Origin: Bispira polyomma
Taxonomy: Eukaryota
Assembly (NCBI GenBank): GCA_965649765.1
Contig: OZ287748.1
Coordinates: 52,266,001 to 52,330,000 of the forward strand
Reading direction: 5' to 3'
Length of the DNA stretch: 64,000 nt
A program made the position numbers and the translations under genes. Positions 1 to 13,908 of the stretch are shown one piece after another. The first letter of the stretch is position 1. Every line of letters starts with the position of its first letter. A model generated the notes under the pieces. The model ran no database searches, had not been told where the DNA came from, and worked only from the letters and a program-made list of their open reading frames with translations.

Positions 1-445
1 TCACACATAGTACAACCTCCACATAGAGTACAACCTCCACACATAGTACAACCTCCACATATAGTACAACCTTCACACATAGTACAACCTCCACATAGAG
101 TACAACCTCCACACATAGTACAACCTCCACATAGAGTACAACCTCCACAGATAGTACAACCTCCACAGATAGTACAACCTCCACAGATAGTACAACCTTC
201 ACACATAGTACAACCTCCACAGATAGTACAACCTCCACAGATAGTACAACCTTCACACATAGTACAACCTCCACAGATAGTACAACCTCCACATATAGTA
301 CAACCTTCACACATAGTACAATCTCCACATAGAGTACAACCTCCACACATAGTACAACCTCCACACATAATACAACCTCCACACATAGTACAACCTCCAC
401 ACATACAGTACAACCTCCACATACAGTACAACCTCCACACAACCT
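1..445. repeat. 18-bp minisatellite (AGTACAACCTCCACACAT)n, runs off the window start
   Basis: TACAACCTCC recurs every 18 bp (positions 11, 29, ...); about 24 copies. Confidence 0.97.
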
Positions 446-1596
446 AAGACACCTGTATCAAAATACTACTCCACATACATACACTCTCACATACACATAT
501 GCATTAAAAAATTTATTGTGATTTAAAAATAAGTTGGTTTCTGCCCCCTCTGTTTCTACCAATCTGCAATATCATGAATATTTTGATGTGGGTTGGAAAT
601 GACGAATACTTTTTAAAACTTATTTAATTTGTTTTTAAATATATGTAGGTGTGACTGTTTAATGTTTTCCTTCTTTAGACAATAAATTACTGACATTCAG
701 GTCCTTTGTTTTAGTAGCATCCTTTAAAACCTCTCGCCCTTAAATAGAGTCTGTATTGATAACTAACTACATGGTTGACCCTAGAGTGAGAGAATGTAAA
801 TACCATTATGACAGTTCATGGACTAGGAACAGAACAGGTCAGACATGACCTTGGACTTCTCTGACGTGGTTAAATATATTGTGGACACTAATAGTCTCTT
901 GTAGGAAGAATAGATTTGTCCTTCGATGACAATGTGTTTTACATCGTGGAAATCTAGGAATCATTTGAGCAGATCATATGAAATGTATATGGCTAAAATA
1001 AAGGCTTCTTATAACTAAGATATCAAATTTTGTTTAAAAATTCCCCCTGTATTACAATGAATAATATAATCTCTTGGTCTGAGATCATCTGATTTACTCC
1101 TGCAGCTTAGAGGATGTGGTGCTCTAGGGCTACCACTCTCACCTCAACCTCTCTAGTTAGAGGATCAAATCTTAGCCTCAGCATGCGTGTGAGCAAGTTG
1201 GCAATAGAATTGTTAAAGATCATCCTATCGCCTGTCACTGCCACAAAGTTGAGGCATGTTCAAATAAAACTTTGGAGAACGTGCCGCAAAAGTGACACGT
1301 ATCTCCAGTAAGACCCACTATTGAGAAACAAAGACATAACGAACAATAACGAATACCCTCTACTGACACTCCAATCATAACAAAAGCTCACTAACTGCTG
1401 CCAATTGACACTAAGACAAAACAAGTCATCACGACCTGCTACTGACAAGAAATGCTCCAAAGTAATCAAGACGTATATCCCTGCATCCCCTCGCATCACA
1501 ACCCTCACGTCCTTGAAGCTTAGAACATTTCAAAACTTTTGTGATGGTGTGGCTAATGCTCACGGATATCAACAAACATTACAGAAGTAGTCCTAA

Positions 1597-2015
1597 AGTG
1601 GTGACTCAACATTCAAGTTTGATTGGTAAAATGGGCCTGATTTTAAAATCGAGAATGTTGAGGCAAACAAATCAATAAAATCCATTTTTGCGCAGGAAAA
1701 TTTAAAATGTAGGGCGACCTTCCTGATTGAACTGATTGGACCCCGTTTTTACGGGACACTGACCCTGATCTTACTTGAACCAGGTTAGGATCGAACTTAC
1801 AGGTGATAGGATCTGACTTTTCGCCCTAGGATCGAATGTATCGCCAGGGGGATCAAACTTATTCGGCGAAGATGACCTTCCCGTTTTTAGAGGTCCGGGA
1901 CGTAAGTCAGGGGACTTTTACAAACAAACATGTTTGATATTCTTCCTGATGTTCCCGACCACCTCGTTTGAGCCCCCCGATAATCCTGACCAAATCCTGA
2001 TAGTGGTACCACTCT
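1597..2015 (-). mobile_element. Internally deleted, diverged copy of the Harbinger-type MITE at 3277-4079, in opposite orientation
   Basis: 1597-1850 is the reverse complement of ~3840-4079 (TCAAGTTTGATTGGTAAAATGGGCCTG vs GGACCCATTTTGCCGATCAAACTTGGA); 1935-1980 matches the reverse complement of ~3340-3390; flanked by TAA/TTA. Confidence 0.85.
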
Positions 2016-2083
2016 TTTATGTAGGAGTATGTGAAACAAAGTTGAAAAGTACTTTGATCCATGTCAACGAGACCTAGGTATTA

Positions 2084-2195
2084 GACTGTAGAAATCCTGA
2101 CCAAGTGCTTTCTTTTGCGATCCTCCACTAATAATCTACCCATCAGAATATATACTTAGTTGTTTAAAGCGACGTGAAACTAAATCTAAGTCTGA
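2084..2195 (+). mobile_element. Degenerate 3' part of a tRNA-derived SINE (same group as 23831 and 33228)
   Basis: CCTGACCAA...TCCTCCACTAATAATCTACCC...AAAGCGACGTGAAA aligns with the 3' halves of the other two copies. Confidence 0.55.
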
Positions 2196-3276
2196 ATTGA
2201 TCCGCTTAAATGTGTGTTAATCTCTAACAATAATTACTCCACATGTGATCATCCAGGGAAAACTAGGTAAGATTTAATATTAAGGGGAGGCCTTCTCACT
2301 GCAGACTTCTCCCAGTCCAGAGGGATCTCCCCTCCGTTTCATGGCTCACTAATTAGATCAGCTTCTAGTGATACCAATGTGGAATTGGTTCAGGAAGAAA
2401 CTTCCACTCATGAAACATCAACCACAAAAGGCTCTTGTTTTGGTAATCGACCTTTTCCATATCAATGCATTCAATGACTTATTGCTTTATAGCATGATAT
2501 AGGCACTGCAAATTTACATAATTTTCCTTACAGATTTACATAACAGGTCATAAAGTTTTTGATGCACTGAAAATACTCGATTGTCTGATCAGCTTTTTTC
2601 CTTAATGGGAATAAATAGCTAGTAAAACAAAGACTTTTTAATTAAGTCTACAGTATGGTGATTAAATAAGTTATAGTATAACTATATCACTTAATATCAA
2701 TTGAAATTATTTACTACATAGATACATACATACATACGGACTACATACAATAAGTTAGAATGTAACAGATGAAAAAACATAACCATTGTGGTTTTTTTGT
2801 AGAATCCTATAGAACTGTGCCCAATTTGTATTAAATGACTAGTTCTCAGTTTCATATTTACTGTGATCTCTTTAATTTCTCTCAGTGGTGAGAAGAAATA
2901 TGACAGAGAGTTACCTATCCCTGTATATATTTTACTACGTCACTAGAAATATCACAGTAATCAATCATAGACCGTCACTTGTAACCTTGGCAATTCTATG
3001 TTTCAGTCCGTACCCTGTTTAGTCAGTTAGATGTGTAATTACAATATTCATATGTCGTAACAAGACGACCTCAGACGTCGGGGATTTCAGCACATTGACC
3101 TTTGTCCACCTTATTCCTATTTTAATAAAGATATCTTCAAGTATTGCGACTATTTTGTCGCATATTGCCTGTTTGTTTTCGTTCAATGCAGGTCTACTCC
3201 AATGTCATTTCAGACAAGGTCTCTTAAATGTCAGAGGTGCTGGAATGTGGTGCTGTCTGTAGACTAATACAACTTA

Positions 3277-4079
3277 AGTGGGGGTTCCAGGATTTGCTCC
3301 CTGACCTTCCCGATTTTGAGGTCGGGGACACATACGGGGAGGTCGGGGAGCAAAAACGGGGTGGTTGGGAAGGTCGGGAAGAATATCAAAAAAGTTAGAT
3401 ATTTGAAAATGGTCTCAGACCTCAAAGTCGGGACCATCAATACGTTCGATCCTATTGGCGATACGTTCTGTCAGATAAGTCGGGGTGCACTGCCGGCCTG
3501 TCCTAACGCTGGCCCGTCGAAACGTATAGGTCGGGGGGTGAAAACGGGGTGGTCTGGAAGGTCAGGAAGAATAATGACACATATTTTAAACCTAGTTTGT
3601 CATTTTGTTAGTTTTCATAACGGAAATCAGTTTAAAAGTTTACCTTACCTTTGCGACATCAAACCCACTTCTTGTACGCGAACAATGAATTTATTTGCTG
3701 TTATTTACAACAAACTTCCATCAAAAATGAGGTCAAAACAGGTAATATTTCTTTTATTTCATTAAATACACCTCATTTGTCATCTATATTTATATACAAT
3801 AACAGTCCCGACTTTATGGTCGGGGGATCTAAATCTGTGAGATCCTATTGGCGATACGTTCAATCCTAGGGCGATACGTCAGATCCTATCACTAGTAAGT
3901 TCGATCCTATCCTGGTTCAAAAAAGATCGGGGTCAGCGTCCAGGTTCGATCAGGAAGGCTGCCCCACACATGTATTTTCCCATCCAAAAATGGATTTTAT
4001 TGATTTTTTTCGCTCCGACCTTCCCTACTTTAAAATCGGACCCATTTTGCCGATCAAACTTGGATGTGGAACCCCCCCT
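3277..4079 (+). mobile_element. Non-autonomous PIF/Harbinger-type DNA transposon (MITE), 803 bp
   Basis: 13-bp TIRs AGTGGGGGTTCCA / TGGAACCCCCCCT (12/13), TTA on both sides, subterminal GGTCGGG motifs, second copy at 1597. Confidence 0.85.
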
Positions 4080-4108
4080 TTACATCCTGGTTAGTAGACA
4101 TAATTGTA

Positions 4109-6660
4109 GACTGGTACATGTGAACTGTAGTCTGTCCTATATACCAGACTGATACCTATGCATTGTAGTCTGTCCTGTACACCAGAATGGTATTTGTATA
4201 CTGTAGTCTGTCTTATATATCAGACTGGTACCTGTATACTGTAGTCTGTCCTATATACTCTAGGTACCTATATACTGTAGTCCGTCCTATATATCAGACT
4301 GGTACCTGTATACTGTAGTCTGTCTTATATATCAGACTGGTACCTATATACTGTAGTCTGTCCTATATACCAGACTGGTACCTGTATACTGTAGTCTGTC
4401 CTATATATCAGACTAGTACCTGTATACTGTAGTGTGTCCTATATACCAGACTGGTACCTGTATACTGTAGTCTGTCCTATATATCATACTGGTACCTGTA
4501 TACTGTAGTCTGTCCTATATACCAGACTGGTACCTGTATACTGTAGTCTGTCTTATATATCAGACTGGTACCTGTATACCGTAGTCTGTCATTTATACCA
4601 GACTGATACCTGTATACTGTAGTCTGTCCTATATACTCTAGGTACCTATATACTGTAGTCTGTCCTATATATCAGACTGGTACCTGTATACTGTAGTCTG
4701 TCCTATATATCAGACTGGTACCTGTATACTGTAGTCTGTCCTATATATCAGACTGGTACCTGTATACTGTAGTCTGTCATATATATATCATACTGGTACC
4801 TGTATACTGTAGTCTGTCCTATATATCAGACTGGTACCTGTATACTGTAGTCTGTCCTATATATCATACTGGTACCTGTATACTGTAGTCTGTCCTATAT
4901 ACCAGACTGGTACCTGTATACTGTAGTCTGTCTTATATATCAGACTGGTACCTGTATACCGTAGTCTGTCATTTATACCAGACTGATAACTGTATACTGT
5001 AGTCTGTCCTATATACTCTAGGTACCTATATACTGTAGTCTGTCCTATATATCAGACTGGTACCTGTATACTGTAGTCTGTCTTATATATCAGACTGGTA
5101 CCTATATACTGTAGTCTGTCCTATATATTAGACTGGTACCTGTATACTGTAGTCTGTCATATATATATCAGACTGGTACCTGTATACTGTAGTCTGTCCT
5201 ATATACCAGACTGGTTCCTGTATACTGTAGTCTGTCCTATATATCAGACTGGTTCCTGTATACTGTAGTATGTGTTATATATCAGACTGGTACCTGTATA
5301 CTGTAGTCTGTCTTATATATCAGACTGGTATCTGTATACTGCAGTATGTCTTATATATCAGACTGGTACCTGTATACTGTAGTCTGTCCTATATATCAGA
5401 CTGGTACCTGTATACTGTAGTCTGTCCTATATATCAGACTGGTACCTGTATACTGTAGTCTGTCCTATATACCAGACTAGTACCTGTATACTGTAGTCTG
5501 TCCTATATATCAGACTGGTACCTGTATACTGTAGTCTGTCCTATATATCAGACTGGTACCTGTATACTGTAGTCTGTCCTATATATCAGACTGGTACCTG
5601 TATACTGTAGTCTGTCCTATATACCAGACTGGTACCTGTATACTGTAGTCTGTCTTATATATCAGACTGGTACCTGTATACTGTAGTGTGTCCTATATAT
5701 CAGACTGGTATCTGTATACTGTAGTCTGTCTTATATATCAGACTGGTACCTGTATAATGTAGTCTGTCCTATATATCAGACTGGTACCTGTATACTGTAG
5801 TCTGTCCTATATACCAGACTGGTACCTGTATACTGTAGTCTGTCCTATATATCAGACTGGTACCTGTATACTGTAGTCTGTCCTATATACCAGACTGGTA
5901 CCTGTATACTGTAGTCTGTCCTATATATCATACTGGTACCTGTATACTGTAGTCTGTCCTATATACCAGACTGGTACCTGTATACTGTAGTCTGTCTTAT
6001 ATATCAGACTGGTACCTGTATACCGTAGTCTGTCATTTATACCAGACTGGTACCTGTATACTGTAGTCTGTCCTATATACTCTAGGTACCTATATACTGT
6101 AGTCCGTCCTATATATCAGACTGGTACCTGTATACTGTAGTCTGTCCTATATACCAGACTAGTACCTGTATACTGTAGTCTGTCCTATATATCAGACTGG
6201 TACCTGTATACTGTAGTCTGTCCTATATATCAGACTGGTACCTGTATACTGTAGTCTGTCCTATATATCAGACTGGTACCTGTATACTGTAGTCTGTCCT
6301 ATATACCAGACTAGTACCTGTATACTGTAGTCTGTCCTATATATCAGACTGGTACCTGTATACTGTAGTCTGTCCTATATATCAGACTGGTACCTGTATA
6401 CTGTAGTCTGTCCTATATATCAGACTAGTACCTGTATACTGTAGTCTGTCCTATATACCAGACTGGTACCTGTATACTGTAGTCTGTCCTATATATCAGA
6501 CTGGTACCTGTATACTGTAGTGTGTCCTATATATCAGACTGGTATCTGTATACTGTAGTCTGTCTTATATATCAGACTGGTACCTGTATAATGTAGTCTG
6601 TCCTATATATCAGACTGGTACCTGTATACTGTAGTCTGTCCTATATACCCTAGGTACCTG
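4109..6660. repeat. 38-bp minisatellite (GACTGGTACCTGTATACTGTAGTCTGTCCTATATATCA)n, about 67 copies
   Basis: 38-bp period (TACCTG at 4681, 4719, ...), highly homogeneous, with recurring variant blocks. Confidence 0.98.
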
Positions 6661-7666
6661 CATGTTCTCATGTCTCCACAACTTTCCCTGTTACATGTTC
6701 CACCCACCAGGTGTTGATGAGCTCGCAATACTCTTGACCTTTTATCCCCAGTTCTTTTATCCGAGGAACAGAGTTAGTTTCCCGAGCAACTCGGCCAAAT
6801 CTAATTGTGAGTCTTAATGAAAGGCTGACAGTTGCTTAGAAAAAACTCGCCTCAAGTTAGTTGACTGTCCCAGCATCCAAATTAGCCTCTGTAGTGTGGG
6901 ACAGATAATGCTCCCAGTAAAGGTAGCCAAGACAGATTTACTTGATAATGTGGAGAAGGGAAATAGCATTATAGACTCCAAAGGAAGTGAAATCAAGAGT
7001 GGCTCCCTATTTAATGTATATTAGGGAATTTGATTTGAGTAAGCTCAATCAGGTTTGCAGGTCCTGTTAAGTTTGAGTTGTTACAAGGATACATCAAGGG
7101 TTTTCACTGTTTACGCTACAGGCAAAAACATTGTGAGCATGAAGGTTTATCAGCTATAGACCACTTTACTGACTTAATTCATGGCACAAAGAAATGTGAC
7201 AATGAAATACATACTACATCTCTGTATTCTCTTAATTATACAACTGGATACTGTAATATATATGGGTTATGAAATTAGAAATGTCTATGCAAATTTTCCA
7301 TGTTTTACAATGGGTTGGTATTTTGTAATTTTTGTAACCATTTCAGTTCCTATTTCTATAACTACTAGAGAACACGTAGTTAAGCCTGTCTACAAGCAGT
7401 TAGACACGATAAGACAGCCCAGTCTATCAGACAGATCTTGGTCCAGCAGAGAGCCGTCACGTGATACACACCCAGTATCGTGGCTTAGTGTCATTAAGCA
7501 TCTCTAACTTGATAGATTGCTTTGCATATTCTAAAGATTAAATAGTGGCCATGAATCAGGGGGTTGTGAGAAGTGTCCGCCGTGTAATTAATAGGCTGGA
7601 GGCCTCTTTCTTCATGTATACGTGTTATCCAGGGACTATTGGTCCCCACTATACCACTACTTGACG

Positions 7667-7824
7667 AGACATGCTGAGACACACAGTGGTCTTGCTGACA
7701 CTAGTAGACATGCTGAGACACTATAGTGGACATGCTGAGACATTAGTAGACATGCTGAGACACTATAGTGGACATGCTGAGACATTAGTAGACATGCTGA
7801 GACACTATAGTGGACATGCTGAGA
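7667..7824. repeat. 42-bp tandem repeat made of two GACATGCTGAGACA-containing subunits
   Basis: GACATGCTGAGACA recurs about every 20-22 bp; 14-aa periodicity in the overlapping ORFs. Confidence 0.92.
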
Positions 7825-8683
7825 GAGAGGTGTGTCCAGGTAGAGGTGGAAGATACAGCTCGAGATACAATATAGCACTGCTATGCTCATCTAAATCGAA
7901 AACAAGTTCCCCAGCAAATAAAACTGTCAATAATGTCATATTTTACATTAGTTAAATCACTGTAAAAATGAGGTATTCATAGCTAAACAAGGGCTTTTGT
8001 TGGGCCCGATATTGGAAGTGTTACTCCCACAGAGTGCCAGTGTCCGAAATTTTTATATTATACAACACAATTGTCGGGCAGAATAAGAATTTTCACAATG
8101 TGCAATATCATCAGCGAAAATCAGGCAGATTACAAAAAATGTATGCTGAACATTTTGGGGACTAAGAAGCAGGTAAAACATGTTTACATTTTTATCAAAG
8201 TTCGACAATCTACATGTCATAATAGCATTATGTGTGGATAATCATTTAAAAGAGGTTTTTACTTTATATCAATACTATGTGGACCTTTTCTGAGTGTCCA
8301 CAATAACTGAGTTTGTCTACCACTGTTTTGGGAGTAGAACAAGCTCTGTTTGATTGTGATTGATATTTCTACAAAGAAAACAAACTGGCCGTGCCATCTG
8401 ACTGTGAGGAGCAGTGAGACAGGCCGGACTTGGGGTTAAAGGCTGTTTGCTGAGTGGAAGCCTCCAGTATTTGTAGTCTGCTCCACACAGTAACAAGGAG
8501 CTTTCAATCATTTCTCAAGCAGATCGCTTGATCCAGTAATAAAAAGAAAATCAATAGTCATCTTCCTGGACATTTATCAGTTGTCACCTCAATAGTTCTA
8601 TACACAAAGAGCATGATTGTCCGAGTCTGGAGGTTACTTGCAAAGTAATATACACTGGCAAGAAAACTCAATAAAGAGCACTC

Positions 8684-10140
8684 CATGTACTGTACAAGAT
8701 AATATACTGTGATGTACTGTACAACACAGTCCTACAATAACACAGTGTCCATGTACTGTACAACAGTTTCCTACAATAACATAGTGTGATGTACTGTACA
8801 ACAGTGTCCTACAATAATATAGTGTGATGTACTGTACAACAGTGTCCTACAATAATATAGTGTGATGTACTGTACAACAGTGTCCTACAATAACATAGTG
8901 TGATGTACTGTACAACAGAGTCCTACAATACCATAGTGTGATGTACTGTACAACACAGTCCTACAATAACATAGTGTGATGTACTGTACAAGACCGTCCT
9001 ACAATAACAGCGTGTGATGTACTGTACAACAAAGTCCTACAATAACATAGTGTGATGTACTGTACAACAGAGTCCTACAATAACATAGTGTGATGTACTG
9101 TACAACACAGTCCTACAATAACATAGTGTGATGTACTGTACAACAGAGTCCTACAATAACATAGTGTGATGTACTGTACAACACAGTCCTACAATAATAT
9201 AGTGTGATGTACTGTACAACAGTGTCCTACAATAATATAGTGTGATGTACTGTACAACACAGTCCTACAATAACATAGTGTGATGTACTGTACAACACAG
9301 TCCTACAATAACATAGTGTGGTGTACTGTACAACAGAGTCCTACAATAACATAGTGTGATGTACTGTACAACACAGTCCTACAATAACATAGTGTGATGT
9401 ACTGTACAACAGTGTCATACAATAATATAGTGTGATGTACTCTACAACAGTGTCATATAATAAGAGAGTGTGATGTACTGTACAACAGAGTCCTACAATA
9501 ATATAGTGTCATGTACTGTACAACAGAGTCCTACAATAACATAGTGTCATGTACTGTACAACACAGTCATACAATAACATAGTGTCATGTACTGTACAAC
9601 AGAGTCCTACAATAATATAGTGTCATGTACTGTACAACAGAGTCCTACAATAACATAGTGTTATGTACTGTACAACAGAGTCCTACAATAACATAGTGTG
9701 ATGTACTGTACAACACAGTCCTACAATAATATAGTGTGATGTACTGTACAACAGAGTCCTACAATAACATAGTGTGATGTACTGTACAACAGTGTCCTAC
9801 AATAACATAGTGTCGTGTACTGTACAACAGAGTCATACAGTAATATAGTGTCCATGTATTGTACAACATTGTCCTACAATAATATAGTGTCATGTAGTGT
9901 ACAGCAGAGTCATACAATAATATAGTGTCCATGTATTGTACAACAGTGTCCTACAATAATATAGTGTCATGTACTGTACAACAGAGTCATACAATAATAT
10001 AGTGTCATGTACTGTACAACAGTGTCCTACAATAATATAGTGTCAATAGCACAGTGTCATGTACTTTTCAACATAGTCTCATACAAACATAGTGTCCATT
10101 TAATGTACTACAGTCTTACATAAACATAGTGTCCATGTAT
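8684..10140. repeat. 38-bp minisatellite (ATAGTGTGATGTACTGTACAACAGTGTCCTACAATAAC)n, about 38 copies
   Basis: ATAGTGTGAT at 8781, 8819, ...; degenerate at both edges. Confidence 0.97.
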
Positions 10141-13100
10141 ATATATATATATAACTATCTTATATAAGAGCTGGGAATTCTCGAGACTCTACTTGCCTAC
10201 TATGAGAAATGCTGACCCTTACACCACACAGTATAGAAGAAGTAGTAGTGTTGTAGATATCTCCCTTAAAGAACTCTTTACCACAATTGCCAATCCACTT
10301 CATGTTAGCCTCAACTATGCTATATAGCTAGACTTTAATGGATGACTATAAAAGCGATATTTACCCTCTGGACCCTTTATGTACTGTCCACAACCAATGT
10401 TAAAGTTGCCAGATTTATGAAGTGCTTTACTCGGGGACAGACCCCTGACTGGTGTCCGTCTTGAGCTGCTGGACTCCAGATATGTTTTAGTCATAACCAT
10501 TTGAGGAATTATCAGCGGCTACCAAACTGTTGTTGAAAGTCTGGTACTCAATAAAACACGTTATCCCTAAAATATTTTTGTATTATACATTAAAGTGAAA
10601 TACAAAATGCATTTTCAATCAAAGTAATATTGTGCCAGTCATGCAATATTAGAGTACTACTTAATATGTCACTTTTAAACATATACTAGTATTTATTTGT
10701 CATTTACCATCCTTATCTCACCTCTGAGGATGACAACAATTGTAGATTTCATATAAGTTTTTTCTCTCTGAAAACAAGCTCTTATGTGTGAGCAAAATGA
10801 GTGCTATCTTCAGTCTGAGGCCCCAGCAAGTTGCTATCAGCTCATACGTGGTTTCTGGGGGACATGTACCCAGACTGCAGACTTGTAGTCAGTGGATTAG
10901 AGCCAGAATGCCCTAGTAAGAGTTGGTGAGGGACTTCTGGATACATCCACCTGGACCCATCAAGACTCCAGCTCTGTAGTGATAGTGATCGGCTCCCCTG
11001 GCCTTTTAGTCCCTGCTCACTCACACTTGTCTCATCACTGATCCTACAGATACATATTAGACCAGATCTTAGACACGATGAGCAAATCCATGGGAGACCA
11101 GGATTACAAGAAGACTTTCTAAATGGCCATTATCTAGAATTGTTTTATCCTCACTTTATATCACTATATATAAATGACGATGTTTTTATTCTTAATGCAA
11201 TAATGGTGTTTTGCTCACTTAGTTGGAACTCTGTAAAATACATTTTAAAACTTAATTTTTGATTAACTTTTACTTAATATGGACATTGTGGGTTTTGTGA
11301 CTGTGTAACTGGTAGTTTTAAGCAATGATATTCTACAAATAGGATTTAAATATATGAGGAGATAGGAGAGTTAAAACCCCCACTGGGAGACTTGTCTCCT
11401 ACTTCACCATCTCAAGGTATGTAGGACTTCATATGTCTAAAAGACACCTGTTATTTTAATAATAACTGTAACATCACTTAATACTGATTGAATGTTATGT
11501 ATTGTATTTATAATTTTTTATACACAAATTGTTATTATACACTTTTTAAATAAGAGATTGTTATTTTAGGATCTTTCAAACTTAAATTTGCTATAATGGA
11601 TTTCTACTGTGATTATTACTGTGAGTATTAAGATGGTTTTTCATGTTGATTTCCTTTTTGCACAGTACATAGATGTTGAGTAGTTTTAATTCAGTGTAAA
11701 CCTATGGATGCTGTAACAAGTTGTGTGACTTCTCCCCAAACACTATCTCCTTTTAATGCTCTTCCCACAGCCCAACAGCCGACTGTGTAACCCATTGTCG
11801 TCCCAACATTATAGATGCTGGCCACGTTTCTTAGTGAAGTCATATTGTGTAAGACATTACTCATCTTTCTCAGGACTTCGGCTTTAAAACATTTTATCCT
11901 CAACCTAAGTGCTGTGCTGAAGTCATTTTATTTTATGCATTGTCTGATTGATGAAAAATAGGCACATAGCTAACTAACCGATAGCTGAAGTAAAAGGTAC
12001 AGATATTGTTTGTGTGTTATAAAATTATGTAAAGTTTCAGTTTACAAAAACAGTATCAACCAAAAATGATTAAGAGTTTTGAATATAGTGGGTAATTTGG
12101 AATGTTAGCTATGCACATGCCTAATATTCCCATTTATGGATGGCTATCAGTTTAACCCTATAGAATAACCATATTAATACCTTCAGAGTAGAAACCCACT
12201 AAAGGCCTACTGGTCTCTAAGACAGTAAGAAAGGTTTCAGCAAGCTGTAGAACTCAGGGAAGCCACTAGTTAGGTGTCCTCTTCTATTACAGGAAGGCGG
12301 ATTAGAAGGATTACTTGAGATGTGATATTAGCTTGAGTGTCTGAGGAGTCAGAAATGGAACCCTTAATGCAAATCTACCGACGTTTAGTAATTTGTTCAG
12401 TTGTTGTGCTTTATTGAAGCAGTAATGCTTCCACCTCTTACCAAGGATGCTCAAATAAAAGGCAATGATAAAGGAGCACAGTAACTTGTTCCTCAAGGAG
12501 TGTCCACCTCTTACCAAGGATGCTGAAATAAAACAGTGATTTTCAATGTATTTACCAGACTTCTGCAATGATCTGACATAGATCAGATATGGGATACACA
12601 CCTCCGTAACTCTTCACAGTCATTTATAACCAGAAATAACTGGCAAAAGATGTGCCGAGGAAGATTATGAAGCAGTTACTATGGAAACTGTCCCATAGTT
12701 CAAGTAAAAAGTGTGACATTGTTTTACCTTTGAATGGTTCTTCTTGTGATAAAGTTCTTAGATGCTGCTCCTCTAATAAACTTCATTACAAAAAGCACTC
12801 AAGGTTTGAGTGTGCCACAATCAGCAATTTATCTGGCAGACTGGCTTTGAACATTGACACAAATGCGACCTGTGCATGTTGGCTGGACATTTGTTTTAAT
12901 TGTTGCTCTAATCTGTCACGAACATGTGGGACTGCTGTAACAAAGTGATCTCTTATCTCTCCTCAAACTTAAAGCCATTCTTCTGCGCTATACAAAACTT
13001 TTGTACATATCACAGTATTGGAATGTCTAGCAACTATATAGAAAAGCCAATAGCTAAAAGTCTACCAATTTAGGACATATAGTTGTCAAATACTGTGCAG

Positions 13101-13356
13101 TCTTGGTTTTTACTGTGAACCAATTACAAACATAGGGCTTAATTAGATAATATTAATACATCTGCAAGAACCTACACAAAGCACATGTCTGTAATTTACT
13201 CACATCTTAGTTCCGTGTAGTATTACAGATATATGAGTACTAAAAGCTAATAAAAGCGCCTACAAACATTATATCATTTAGAAAGTCTTTGTGGCAACTC
13301 TTTCAAGGCAATAAAATAGTAAGACTACCCGAGTGGAGTATAGTAAAAATAGAATA

Positions 13357-13908
13357 GGTACAGATACTCACAGACAAGGGGTCTGTATACCTGTGAGTGG
13401 TAATAGAGTAAGGACAGATACTCACAGACAAGGGGTCTGTATACATGTAAGTGGTAACAGAGTAAGACAGATACTCACAGACAAGGGGTCTGTATACATG
13501 TGAGTGATAACAGAGTAAGGACAGATACTCACAAACAAGGAGTCTGTATACATGTGAGTGGTAACAGAGTAAGGACATATTCTCACAGACAAGGAGTCTG
13601 TATACATGTGAGTGGTAACAGAGTAAGGACAGATACTCACAAACAAGGGGTATGTATACCTGTAAGTGGTAACAGAGTAAGGACAGATACTCACAGACAA
13701 GGGGTATGTATACATGTGAGTGGTAACAGAGTAAGGACAGATACTCACTGACAAGGAGTCTGTATACATGTGAGTGGTAACAGAGTAAGGACAGATACTG
13801 ACAAAAAAGGGGTATGTATACATGTAAGTGGTAACAGAGTAAGGACAGATACTCACAGACAAGGAGTCTGTACACATGTGAGTGATAACAGAGTAAGGAC
13901 AGATACTA
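13357..13908. repeat. 54-bp minisatellite (GAGTGGTAACAGAGTAAGGACAGATACTCACAGACAAGGGGTCTGTATACATGT)n, about 10 copies
   Basis: Direct inspection; 18-aa periodicity of overlapping ORFs. Confidence 0.97.

Noticed and set aside
3316-3765. 149-aa ORF
   Set aside because: Lies inside a MITE, reflects its subterminal repeats, has no transposase motifs
4109-10140. 38-bp arrays as possible CRISPR arrays
   Set aside because: Head-to-tail repeats without unique spacers, no cas genes, eukaryotic context
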